Part shown: positions 47,301 to 59,785 of the stretch, piece after piece
Position numbering within the stretch: position 1 is the stretch's first letter
Layout: each line of letters begins with the position of its first letter
From: Eutreptiella sp. 'Long Island Sound 2002'
Lineage: Eukaryota > Protista > Euglenida
DNA length: 64,000 bases
NCBI GenBank assembly: GCA_964036045.1
Contig: OZ038378.1
Coordinates: 159,092,001-159,156,000 of the forward strand
Direction of reading: 5' to 3'
Made by a program: the position numbers and the translations under genes
The notes under the pieces: generated by a model
Databases searched by the model: none
Told to the model about the DNA's origin: nothing
Seen by the model: only the letters and a program-made list of their open reading frames with translations

Positions 47301-50300
47301 AAAAACAAGCCGTGCGCATACACCACTGAACGTTCCCCTGCAAAAGTGATGCCCATGCGCGCACACACATTGGCACACACAACCACATGTACAGCGAGAC
47401 ACGCACCAAGCTGTGCAACCGCATGCGCACGCTCGTCCATCCACAACTTGTGTCCCCTGGGTGGGGAGGGAATGCCCGAGCAGTCCCTCCAAATCATAGA
47501 TGCCAAAGCAGAGTCTCCACCGTGTCTCATTAGCGCATCCTGGTCCAGCTTGTCTGCAAAGCCTGACTGCCAGGGCCCTCAAATGGAGCCCCGTTGCTCA
47601 ATCGATGGACCCCAGCCCAAAAAAGAATTTCAACAATTGGCCTTTTGGTATTCATTTCCCTCTCTTTCTCCCCTGTCTCTTTGTGGCCACGAATGCGTGT
47701 GTTCCGATTCATTTCAAGCCTGAAAAGTGGCTTCGTTGGTACTGGACCCGAGGCATGTCTTGTCGAAGACCCGCGTAGTATGAGCCGTCTATTTCTCAGT
47801 GCATAGTGCCACACTGATGTCTGACGTGGGTGATATGGTCGCTTTGTCTCTGTATAACTTGGACGCCCTTCGCTGGCGATGGGTGATCTTTATAAAACGC
47901 ATGGTTTGAGCATGCGCCGCCATGCCGCCTGTGCTGCTTCGTGGCCGGTGCCATCTGCACCAAGCGTTCACTCTCGTGGCTCACCGGGATTCTCCTCCAA
48001 AGATGATCCTCCTCTCTCCTACCAGTTTCTGACCAGGGCATCACCCTTCGTCTATTAGGCTGTCAGCTGACGTTGCATAGTGCTCACGTTCATGGAAATG
48101 GCTGTGTCGAGGTTGTGGATTCGTGCGACGTCTGGTTTACGCACTGCTGCTGTCAGGCTAACAGTCGTGGTAAACACATGGGAGGGTGTGCTGGGTAGCG
48201 TAGCCTGGGTGGGGCAAGGGCAGGGTTTGGTTCGATTATGGTCGTGTGTACTAGGCAGGGGTGGGTCAGGTTGGGTAGGAACGATGGGAAGGGGCAGGCA
48301 GGAAAGTTCGGGCTGTTTGGCAATTATTTCTCCTCCCTTACTCAGGGATCGGATGGGCCTTGCAGGCGTTCGTCACGGAGTTGGCGACCCCCCCCCCTGC
48401 CCCCTGGACCCTTGTTGCCGAAGTGGGTTATCAAGTTTCTCAAGCCACTGGGAATCGATCCTGCGGTGCCTGGACACGCGGCAAGCACACTGGTTTGTGG
48501 GTTCACGAGGACCCTCCTGGGGTGCCCAGGGTGGGGGCAGGAGCACGGAGGTGGGTAAGAGGAACCTTGGGTCCACAAGCAGGGCCTTGGACTCTGCGGG
48601 AGTACGGTCAGTGCCAAGAACCAGTGGAGCTATGCTGTGACTCTCTGGTAAGACTGGCCAGGGTGCCATAGAGGGCTCATAGCTCTCCAAAGTCCTGGAT
48701 GGGCAAAATGAAGGTAGCATGGCTGGATCTGGCTTTGAAACTGACGTCATCACATGTGTCCAATGATCGAAACCAGAGCGAGGGCCAATTCAGGGCAGCT
48801 GCGGCGCTGGGTGGGCCGCGCACCAACTCTGGATGGAGGCCAGCAGCTCGCTCGCAAGTGCAAACACAAGATGGATCCTTGGGGGGTGCTCTTTTTGGCG
48901 CACAGTCCATGTGCAGTACTACCAATTCGAATGAATTAGGATCCAGTCTCTGGCCCGCAATGGGGTATTGCGTGCACAATCGTGTTTTGGGCTCTTTTTC
49001 TCTTGCCGTGCGCCATGTTCTGACGTATAATTCGTTCCGGGCTACAATTAAGCCCACAAGCCGAGCTGTCGTGCCCTCCAACGAGGTCGCATCGATTGCC
49101 GTGCAGTGAGTGTAGGACGCAGGGACCGAGGACAGAGGATTATGCTGCTGGCTGCAGGTATCAGTTGTTGCAATCGTCTTGGCATGAGGGGCAGAAGTAT
49201 GTTCCTGCTGCGGGTCATCAACGTATGGTATGTGCGTGACTGGCTAAGTGAGTGGCTGAGTGAGTGTGTGCATGCCTCGTTGCTTGAGCAGTTCTCTTTG
49301 ACTGCGACCTGATGAGTGCAACTGTGGTCTGATTGCTCTGTTTGACCCGTTGTTTGCATCGCGTCCGTATATGTATCCGTGGATATATGTGATGTGTAGA
49401 TGTAAGCATTTGCAGATGTCCGCATGTATTCTCTGTATGTCTGTGCAATGCCAGTGGCTCATGGATTGGCATATCGTCCTAACTGCGACGTTGCTGCTCG
49501 CCCAGCCCCCCTTGCGCAGGGCCGGATCGCCCAAGCACTGCGCCCCCATGGTACTGCGCTTTGCTTAACTGCGGTGTCTCACCCGGGCGCTGTGTGCGTT
49601 GCAAGGGCCAGCAGTGCCGTGGCATTGCAGTGTTTGACCTGGTTTTTGCGCAAGAAGGGTTGGGGGGATAGTTTGTAGCCCACGCTGGATTGGTGCTTCA
49701 TTCTACTTGGCTTTGCCGAGTGTAACCCACAGGACACGACTGCTCATGCAGCTTCCCATGCGACCCCGCGATGAAGCCACAGTGCTCCACAATGAAGTAG
49801 TTCACCCCGCCCCCCACCCCGGGCCTTGTTACTTCCCCTTGTTATCCCCCCCCCCCCCCGGTGACCGTCACTTTGATGACCAGCTAAAAAACATTGGGCA
49901 GGTTCCGTTTGTTTGGTTGCCATTGCCTGCATTATTGCTGACCTGCCATATCTGCTTGGCATGACTTTGCCGGCTTCCCGGAATGGAACCGGCCAGCACA
50001 CCCAGAGTCCCTGCTGGGGTCTTTGTGAATTTGACCCGCTCAACGGGGAAGATCGTCGTGGCGAGGATGGTTCTTCAGAAGGCGGTGATGCATACTGCCG
50101 CACGCATGTGTGCACCCCCATTGTGCGCCTGTCAAGTGCGCTGCCCAGTGCATCTGCCCAGCCCCAAGGCCTCTTCATTGCGCTGGGCAGGGAGGCGAGC
50201 GGAGTTTCACTGCCACCCACAACGCAGGCTCCCAACGACTCTCACTTCCGTTCTGAGGGTACATCAGATGGCACGGCGATCTACTTGAGCGGGTCTTTCC

Positions 50301-50949
50301 GTCGCCCCGATGGGGCATTATTGCGTGCGGGTGGGGGCCGGCAAAAGGGGGATGGGGCATAAAGTGACCTATTTTGGAATGCGCAGTATGCTGCACACCA
50401 TGCACGCAATGTATTGCTGATGTGCTTTCAACAGGACACCCCACAGAGTGCCGGAAGGAATACGTATGTATGCCTGGTTGCGTGCAGGCGTAGGATAGTT
50501 TTCAGTATTATTTGGGTGTCAGTACTCTGATGCAGCACAGCACAGGCACCACGTGCCCTGCACATTGTAGCACCCCGCACCTCCCGGAACACGCTGGACC
50601 ATATAAAATGAGCCCGCTTCTGACCGGCAGCCCATCGGCAACGGGGGCATGTGTGGCTTGCCACTGGCGTTGGAGCCCTGCCTTTGCAGCGCCTGCAAGG
50701 AGGCTACAAGCAGCGGCAGCTGCATGCAGCTCTGCTGGCTCCTCTGCAGATGCGTCTGCATGGCCTCCAAAATCCATTCCAGAACCCAGAAATCCACGTT
50801 GGTGACTTGCGCTCTTCAGTTCTTCCCCCTCCACCGATTTGTCCGCATGATCCATCCAATTCACCGGCTGGTGTCTGCGTTGCCCCAGAGCACGGGCCTT
50901 CGTATCCTCCTCTCTCAACGTCCCGCTTGTCAAGGGCCTGATGTGTCTG

Positions 50950-53230
50950 CCTTCCAGAACAGCACAATGTCTGCTTCTAGGTGTACGTATTTTGGCTCTA
51001 GTTTCTCATCAGTGTGCCCCCCCCCCCCCCGGCTCCTGCACTCCCAACACGCACACTGGCAACTACCAAACCACACTGAACCCTTTGTAGGTACTGGCAG
51101 GCCTTTTGCAAAGAATGTGCACCTCAGCGCCGGATCCCAGTGCAGCAGGATTATCCCTCTGCAGTCTGAGGAACCTGGACATGGACAAGGAGGACACTTG
51201 ACTGCCGTCACCGCTGGGAAAGGAAGACCCGATAGGCAGCTGTCCTGCCCGGAACCGGCACCCGTAGTGCTGGCACAAGACGTGCTGGATGTCATCAATA
51301 AGTCTGCAACACACACAATCTGGGTGCCTTCTCGTAGTTTTGTGTCAAGAGTTCTCTGCATATGAGCGATGCTCTTAAATGTGCACCCCCCCCCCTGCCC
51401 CCCGCTCCTCCACAACAACAACAGTGCACGTTTCCGCCAAATTCAACCCTCCGTCCAGCAGCAGAGTGCCCCCAACTTCCAGCCAAACCAGTTCAACTTC
51501 AATCCGAAGCAGTCTCCTCTGGATAGGTTCTGTGTGCTCTGCAGCCCTCGTCTGAAAGTGACAGATGTCCTGATTGCAGGCATGTCTGGAGCTGTGTTGG
51601 TGGCATACCAAGACAGCAACCTTTGCATCAGCAAGTTCCGCAGGATGGTCAACATGTCTAAGGACACCGCCTTGCTGCAGACTCCTACCTTCTCTTTTCT
51701 TTCTTATAATATAGCGCGAAAAGCAATGGCTGGTTCTTGTCATCAAATCACAAGGGCACTGGTCTAGACTCGGTCACAACCGGCATTCCTACTATTTGAA
51801 TTCATTCAGTACCTCTGCTTCATTTATTCTCCCTTTTCATGTCAACTGCTGTGGGTGGAATGGTGGGATTGTAGTCCGTTGGCCATCCTGGGGGACTTTC
51901 ACAACTTCCTGCACGCTGAAGGTTGTGAAGGCAGTTAGGTGCGGTTGTCAGCAAACACCAATGCTCCCTCCTTCTCATAGTGACTGCACTTAAACTGCTA
52001 CTGAAGTGTCCATGCATGCATGAAATTGAGCTTTGACTCATGGACCTGGAGGCTTAGTCCAAGTGTCCCATGGGCTGGGGGCCAGGATCAGTTGGAAGTT
52101 CCCATTTCTCGGCGATTGACGGCAAGTCAAGGTGCCAGTTTCCCCACCTCTCTCAGGAACCATCATACACCTTGGCGATATGGCACGCGTGATGTTTGTA
52201 CTTTTAGAATGAATCTGCTGTTGCAGTCATTCTGGAGGGCTGCACGTGAAGACCAATGTCCACCATTTCTTCGTTCCTGATAATGTGAGCTGTGTGTGAA
52301 CTAGACCAAGAAATCCGGGTGTACAAATGCATGATCAAGTTGAACTGACTGTGTTGGAGACTCCGGTTTGGGTCTGTGTTTGTTTGTGGCAGGGTGGGCG
52401 TGGCATGAACTCTGCAAGAATCGAGTTTGACAGTTTTAATTTTTTAATCTCGAGTTTTACGTCCTGTCTGCACAAACTCTGATCTGTTTGTAAGTTATTG
52501 TCAAAGGGGTCAGGGAGATACAGAGCGATTGACGAACAGGTCTTGGTGTTTTGCTTCCTGAAACTTGGGTGAAAGGCTGTGGTTGAGATTGATGTCGATG
52601 TGCACATTGAGTGAGGACAAAATTAAAGGCCTCCTTGTACTTAGACCCACAGTAGCTATGAGACAGCAAATTTGTTGTACCCCACATTAATGCTGCTACC
52701 CGTTGTGGCTGCCACTGCAGGCACATCGAATTCTAGCCATTTACTATCATTACCCCTCCTGAGTGTTGCACGTGAGTGTTTTGGTTCTTGTGCAGCTTCA
52801 TTCAGGGAGGGATGACTGTGGCATGCAGTTGCCAGGCATGTGGGAGGGAGGACTCTAAACATTGCACCTCATGCAAATCACACACTGAAGATAATCCCCC
52901 CTCCCGTCCTAGCACGGGCTTGTTGGCCAGAGTGGGCGGACAAAAGCATCCGAACAATCTACCGCCATTGTCCAAACGCCGCAGTGTAATGCAGTGGGAC
53001 ACCCTGGGTTTGGAGCGCATGGTGGAGTCCGAGGAGGTGCGGGTGACCTCTGATGTGGATTCAGGAGGAGGGGACTCATCGTGTGACTCTATGGAGGCAG
53101 GGTACAGCACAGACAGTGAGGGGCAGTACAGCATGGACATCAGTGACACACGATTAATGGGGTGGGTGGGGGAAAGCGGCAGTGAAGGGTTTGGGCGACG
53201 CCAGACGAAACAGGCGCGGGGCAGGTAATC
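50950..53230 (+). pseudogene. Heavily decayed LINE relic (endonuclease-like segment, possible RT remnant, acidic tail)
   Basis: FSFLSYNIARK...FLLF and LAILGDF resemble AP-endonuclease motifs; many stops. The tail at 52960-53200 is homologous to the RNase H tails at about 18000 and 54200. Confidence 0.35.
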
Positions 53231-53489
53231 AAGAGTCCTCCTGATGCGGCCTAAAGGCTCTGCTCTCACTGGAAACCCAGTCGGCAGGGGCGCCAGTGGC
53301 GCCCTTCAAAACACCTCAAACAATGTGCGACGGCGCCCGACGACGCCTGGCTGGACAGCTTGCACTATGTGTGTCGTGGCTTCGCCGCGTTGAGACATGC
53401 TGAAATCAGTTGGATGCCAGGGCGATTCTGGAGGGTAGCGACCACCGCTGATGGATGGCCTACCATGGCTCGATCAGCAGTAACCCCCC

Positions 53490-53545
53490 CCCCCCCATAT
53501 TTAGTACCCCCCCATATTTAGTACCCCCCCATATTTAGTACCCCC
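53490..53545 (+). repeat. 18-bp tandem repeat CCCCCCATATTTAGTACC x3
   Basis: Direct reading. Confidence 0.85.
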
Positions 53546-53589
53546 CTGGCCCTATTAAGCAGTCTGCCAAAATTAGTACCCCCCTTGAG

Positions 53590-54450
53590 CCTCCCAAGCA
53601 AACGGAACATGAAGAAACTTGAAAAGTCGGGTTGCATGTTTCACAAGGCGCCGCCGAGTCACTCTTCGCTTCTGTGTTGTCATGCTGTTCACCCAGTCCA
53701 ACCGCCTGCAGCTCAAAATCAGATTCAGAATCTGAATGTTCCATGCAGCCAACAGAAAGACGGGTTTATGCTGATGTGGGAGGACCTGTTGGAAGAAATC
53801 GAGAGACCAGGGCGGGAGATTCAGTGGCTATACCGCCCAGGTCATGCCGGGACGGAAGGCAATGACATTGCCCACCAGTTGTCAGTGGAATGCATGTGCT
53901 AGAACAGGCTGTGGGCATGAATGTGCACCTCCTTTTTTGTGATCAATGCGGCCCAGCATGACTCTGCTATGGAGGACCCTGCTCCAGAAGGGTCGGGAGT
54001 GCAGGGTGTGCAGATGGCAGCGGCCAGGGGGGGGGGGGATGATGGTGGAAACATGCCTGCTGCGACGGGACGGGGACCAGTCAATGGGTGCCAAGCTAAT
54101 TCCAGGATCAATCTGAGTGCCAACCTGGTTCCGGAATCAATTTGGGTATCCCTTGAAATGAGCAGTTTGGGGGTGGAGAGTGAGGAGTCATCATTGGGTG
54201 CAAGAGCCGTGGAGTCCACACCAATACAACGATGGGTATCATGGGAGTCCGACTCCGGGGAAGAGCACATGGGATAGGACTGCAGCATGGAGATCAGTGA
54301 CACATGCAAAGGAAAACACCCAAGAGTGTCACATGTGTGTGAAGGTGGTGGGGGGATTGCCTCACAAACGTGTTGTGGAGTAGTGGGAGCGCGAATTGTA
54401 TGGGTCAGTGCTTGCAGGCTGAGGGCCATCAACGGGTTGACTTATGATGA
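53590..54450 (+). pseudogene. Decayed RNase H C-terminus plus acidic tail (same family as 17000-18120)
   Basis: WEDLLEEIERPGREIQWLYRPGHAGTEGNDIAHQL, followed by RINL...ESDSGEE...SMEISD. Confidence 0.6.
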
Positions 54451-55479
54451 TAGCGCAGCCAATGATGAGCCAGCTGTGAGGCTGGCAACGTGGTATCAAG
54501 TTTGACTGTCGGGGCGCGAGTCAGTGATTCAAAACCCTCCAAACTCTTTGGCCAGGGTGTGGGGGTCTAAGCCAGGACGCCCCCCATGCTTGCACATGCA
54601 GTGTAGGTAGTGCATAGCCGGCACCCTTGTCCACACTACACTAGGCAGCAAAACGATATTGGACTGTTTGACCTTGTGGAACAGGGCAATTTTGGGGGCG
54701 GGGATCGGCTTTTTCCGTGAGGTGCGCCGTTCTTTCATCCTCATCGTCGCTGGCTTGTCCAGGATCTTCTAATCTCTTTTCAGGACATGGGAGGACATGG
54801 GTCAGTACGAAGTCCAGTACTCTACCCCACCCTCCGTGGGGGAGTGGCCCCCTAACCCCTTTACCTTTCCCTCTCTTCGCGGAGCACAGCGTCTCTGCAC
54901 GGAATTGCCTGGCATGGCCCGACAGGGCCAGGGATGGGTTCGTGACCCCCATGCACGACACTCCACCATGCTGTACAGCATGCAGGAGGGTGCTCTGTCT
55001 TCCAACAGCGCGGAGGGGCTCATGAAGCATGGACGGGCCTCACGTGAGGCAACCTAAAGGACGGAGGGGGGAGCCTCTTGTCATACAGGCAGCTCTCCAG
55101 AAACCCGCGCGACTTGCCCCTTGGGTGAGTTTGGGGGCTGGAATGGGTAGAAGCCCCATGGACTATTGCTCCTGAATATGATTTCCTTCCTCTTCTAATC
55201 TCTTTTCAATTAGATCAGAATCATCATCAATTTAATCGGATTTCGTGCATTTCAACCATGATGTGGAAGAATGAAGGCTGACCACAGCCACAGCCACTTC
55301 CACTATCATACTTACATACTGCTGTGAGCAAGATATTTTTTTGAAGGCAAGCAATGCACCATTCAAAATGAACGGTTTGGAAGTTCCTTGGAGAGTTCTT
55401 GCGCAAGTTACTGTTCAAACCCACCACACATACCTAAAACAATTTGTCCACCCCAATTGCAAGCAAAGCAGACATGAAT

Positions 55480-56950
55480 ACAACACACACCACTAGGTTG
55501 CAATTGCATCCTTGATCTGCTAAAAGCAATGGTAGCAGTAGCAAGGTAATGGCCAAGAGAACGAGCAATCTCTCTTTCATGCAAGAGTGCTTTCGGACCA
55601 ATTCATGCCTCTCTGTCAAAAATGCATGATTTGTCTTGCACACCCAAAATTGATGAATTCTATTGCCTTCGGCAAGGCACCACAAAGAGAGAAGAGTGAC
55701 TGAATGCCCCCGCCCCCCAACCAACATTGTTCTCTGCTATAACGAGCTGCCCCAACTCAAGGAGTTGGGCTCTGATTATTTGCGAATGTCAAAGGTTGAT
55801 TGATTTGATTTGCTCATCCTCTTTGAGGAAGATAAGCCATTGTTTCCGACGGCATGGCCGTTCATTGAAAAAGATGTCTCGTCGCACTTGTCTGAGGTCT
55901 TCAAACTTGGGAGACCCCTCGTCACGATGGGGGGTGTAGACCTGCATCCTTTTGTGGCAACGTCCATTGACAAAGGCAGAACCAATAGGCTAGCGACTGA
56001 TTTCTAGAGGAAAAAACTGATGGCCCAGGGCTTTGGGACTATGGGCTTTGAGATGAGCTGAGATGAGTCTATCCCCCTGGCTCAGCAGCTTTGTTACGCA
56101 ATTACTGCAGAGGAAAAGGCAACACCATACCTGCAGACGGCTTGGGTAGAAAAGGCCAGCATTGCATCTCATTTGGGGTGTGAGGGTCATATGGCACAAG
56201 CTTTCACAAGATGACATCAGTGGTATAGTGGCATGCTAAAGGCCTGCAAAAACTGTCCTCATTTTGGAATAATGAGACAGGATGAGTTCACAGGTGATGA
56301 GCTCGAAGATTGATGAGCTCAGAGACTATGCTCTTGTCATACATATGTACCCAAAGGCGTCATGGTTGCCATATATGTGGCCCATGATTTTGTCTTCACT
56401 AAGGCAACACCTCCCTGATGATACCTTCGTCTCTGCACAACTACACTCCCAAAACAAAAGTCAGGGTAGGCTTAACAGATGTGGAGGCCGCCCAATCGTG
56501 GCTCCTCAAGGCAAAATTTGAGCTTGAAGTAGTTGGATTAAACATCAAAATGAAATAACCAATGAACTGATTTCAGATGACTCGCACGATGGTGTGCCGT
56601 GGTATTGTGGGAACTACTTTATCCAAACACTTCTTGGTGGGAACCGCCCGAACAAACTTCTAATGAGACAAAACAGAAATGGGCCTTCCGCTTTCCGGGG
56701 TTCTCCGGAGTACACTCAATGACACCTTGAGCGCCAGGAACTCAAAAAATAATTTTCTAATGAGACATAACAAATGGTTTGGTATTGAAACAGACGAAGC
56801 AGGATCATTGATTTTTATTTCCCCCCCTGACAACCTGCACATAAGAGGATTTCCACTTGTTTCCGGTACCGGAATTCTGATTGGGCACTCCCCCTGAGGG
56901 CCGTTTCTCAGGTGCTTTCTTCCTTTGCTCCTCTCGTTCATTGTTCCACT
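55480..56950 (+). pseudogene. Decayed LINE ORF2 relic (EN to RT)
   Basis: NLSFMQEC resembles the APE xxQE motif, and GFPLVSGTGILIGHSP resembles the RT G-x-x-Q-G-x-P-L-S region. Many stops and frameshifts. Confidence 0.35.
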
Positions 56951-57159
56951 GAGCAAACCTGATAATACACCCTAACCCCCCCTTGTAATCCCCCCCCCCC
57001 AAGTTGTGACGCCCCCCCCCCCGGGAGGAATTGCACCACCAAACCGTAACACTTCAAAACTGCAGCTGTGCATGCACAACACCCGTAGTGTGAATCACAT
57101 TGGACCATGATGTTTTTTCTGTGCACGTGCCCTTTCCACAGGCACCGTGTGAAACCTTA

Positions 57160-57187
57160 GTTTATGGATATAAACTATAGTTTAGGA
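57160..57187 (+). repeat. Left copy of the 28-bp target-site duplication
   Basis: GTTTATGGATATAAACTATAGTTTAGGA is identical to 59750-59777 (29 bp if the preceding A is counted). Confidence 0.9.
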
Positions 57188-59749
57188 CGTGGGGACGGCC
57201 GCAGCTGATCTGACGCGATACCAATACCTGCCACTGAACGCTTTCGAGCGGGTGCAGCTGCTGAACACCATCTTGATCCCACGGTGGACGTACCGCACCT
57301 TGTTTCTCCCCAACGACTCAATGTTCAAAGCCATGGACTCCATGTGCTTGCGGTTTGTGCTTATGGCGGAGGGCATGGAACTCAATAAGGTCGACGTTCA
57401 CAAATCATACAACGTCCTCCATGTCACTTCTCCTCACCGACTGGGCGGAATGGGGTTGCACCAACTGTTCTGGGCCCACAGGGCACGCTTCACCACAATG
57501 GTACAGAACACGTTACGTTCACGTCCGGGATCCATTGGCTGCAACCTTAGCAAAGAATTGCCCTCCCGAGCGGTGCCTATTCGCAACTACTTGGCTATAC
57601 TCACCCAACTAGGTGCTCGCACTGCACTCCACATAGCACTACCGCCGCGGCCGGCCGGGGGACCCAACCTCATCGACAGTGAAAGCTCCGATGACGGCGT
57701 CCTCTTGTCTGCCCGCAAGGAGCAGGTGGGGGATGCCCTCCACACGCGCCACTACATTGCCCCACACCGGTACCACGAAGACCCCTCGGCAGGCACGGTA
57801 CCTGCGGGATACCACCCTGTCAACATCGCGGGCATAGCGTGCTACTCAAACAAGCAACCGCCAACCGGAACGTCCCTATACTCCGATGGCAGCCTTCAAA
57901 CAGTTCAGATTGCGGGCTCGGAATACCAAGCGGCGGGCGCAGCAGTAACAAAAGGGCCTCTTCGCATCCTCGCCCGGGTGGCGGGCCCACAGCAGTCCTA
58001 CAGGGCTGAAATGTACGGAGCAGCCATCGGCGCGGCCATTGCATCTGACGGTGACACTCAATACATCGACAACATGGCCGTCACAAAATGCGCACACCGC
58101 CGACCCACGCACGAATGTTCTGACGCTGACATCCGCCACAAAGTGTGTGACCAAGTGCAGCACAAACGCGTCGCCGCGGAGTGGATCCCCAGCCACCGCC
58201 TTGAGACGGAGGCCCGTAACGCGCAGGAACGCGAACAAATTCGACGCAATGGGGAAGTAGACCTGCTCGCCAAGATGGCCACGCGCCTACCCGTGCCGGA
58301 TTACGACCCCCAGCGCCCCGAAGATATTGCAATGTGCGGCGGGCCCGCCCCCACTCCGGCGCGGAAATGGATCCTCCAACGGAGGCGCGTTGTCACTTTC
58401 GACGGTGCACACTGGGTATCCTGGCTGCCGATGCGCGGGGACCGACGTATGCTCTGGGTTAAATGGCTTTGGGGTCAGGTACGATGGGATGGGACGGGCG
58501 CGCCGTGGGACCATACCAACCCCAAATGCCCCATATGTCCCCTCCACCACGGTACCACTGTCCACAAACGACTCATCCACTGCATGCGTTGGAAAGTCGC
58601 ATTTCGCAACATGTGGCTTAGCACCTGGGGACCATGGCAAGATACGGTGACGGAATGGTGGAACAGGGCGTCAGCGGCAGACCTACACCATGTTGCCTGC
58701 CTTCGCATACCACAGTCCCTATGGGACCACATCCCCCGAACAATGCGGGTAGACCTCAGGGAGCGTGTGGCCTGGCACCAGTACCACGCCCTACATGGCG
58801 TATGCCAACTGCGCGGCCAACTCACCATGCCCCCCCGTGACCCACAGGTGCCGCCCACGCCCTCCACGGCGGTGCCGGCATGGTACACAAAGCTGCGCTC
58901 ACGAGCTGTACGACCGAACCCCACGGACTCTATCCTCCGCAATCAAGTAGGGTATACAGGGCCCCGGGAGAGAACACAGCGGCAGGATGGCCGCGCCTCT
59001 CAAGAGACGTCCCACCGTAGGGCTGCGCGCACATGGGACCGGCCGCAATCGTACTACACCCGGTCATGGGCGGTCAAATATCTCGACCAGTGCCTCTGTC
59101 CCACTGCCGCGGACCCAGGGGCGCAACACGTAGCTTCGGCAATGCAGTATCTGGCCCAGCCTTGGTTTCTGCATCAACGTGCCGTTCTCGGGGCCTCACT
59201 GATGGTTTCATACCGCGACATGCTAGAGGACCTGGTGCGGCAATCACGGCACTGGCACACCCTCCTGCGGCGTGCTAGAGTGTGGACCACCTCCGCAGAC
59301 CAGCACTACCAGCGGCATGACCGAAGGGTCCAACTCTTTTCGGTGATGAGCCAGTTGTGGGCATCCGAGCGCGCGGCCCACTGGGTGGAGCCCCCTCTAC
59401 CTAAACACCACTGCCGCACAAGACCCGGCATCCTGGGCCAACGCCCGCCACCAGACATGGCCCCTACAAAGCGACGAAAGCTTGTCACTCTTGAAGACCT
59501 GTGGGGAATGGCACACACGTGATGCAGCATGTTTAACCCCCTTAAATCTTACGCATTATAGGCTTGCCATATGGCGTGGCGGTTTTGCCTACCGCAACAG
59601 AGAGCCCTCTGTTATACGCATGTGAACTCTGGGTCTTTGCCATGTGCCCCGCTTTGCGGGGATCCACTGTATCATATGCTGGAGACGCCCACTTTCCCAA
59701 GCACAGTCTTGAGTACTCTTTGAACTTCTGGAGTCAGTCAAAAAAAAAA
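57188..59749 (+). mobile_element. Young 5'-truncated non-LTR retrotransposon (L1/Tx1-like) with RNase H and a Cys/His knuckle; ORF 57189-59522, 3' UTR, A10 tail
   Basis: Uninterrupted 777-codon frame. It contains the RT thumb (ERVQLLNTILIPRWTY; SPHRLGGMGL), RNase H (YSDGS, RAEM, YIDN, WIPSH, RNGEVDLLAK) and CPICPLHHGTTVHKRLIHC. Poly(A) at 59740-59749 is followed immediately by the TSD. Confidence 0.9.
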
Positions 59750-59777
59750 GTTTATGGATATAAACTATAGTTTAGGA
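59750..59777 (+). repeat. Right copy of the 28-bp target-site duplication
   Basis: Follows the poly(A) tail directly. Confidence 0.9.
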
Positions 59778-59785
59778 ACCCGACT

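Noticed and set aside
45800-49100. Decayed RT/LINE remnants
   Set aside because: Only vague motif echoes across many stops; not supportable without profile searches.
57160-57187. Spliced-leader RNA gene as the LINE target (SLACS/CRE-like)
   Set aside because: The target does not resemble the euglenid or kinetoplastid spliced-leader sequences as I know them, and the ORF lacks a REL-type PD..D nuclease after the knuckle.
55480-59522. One continuous LINE from 55.5 kb through the 777-aa ORF
   Set aside because: The upstream relic is riddled with stops while the downstream ORF is intact and has its own TSD; these are separate insertions of different age.
57160-59777. 28-bp repeats as LTRs or YR split direct repeats
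   Set aside because: The poly(A) abutting the right copy and the 5'-truncated LINE ORF abutting the left copy fit a target-site duplication better.
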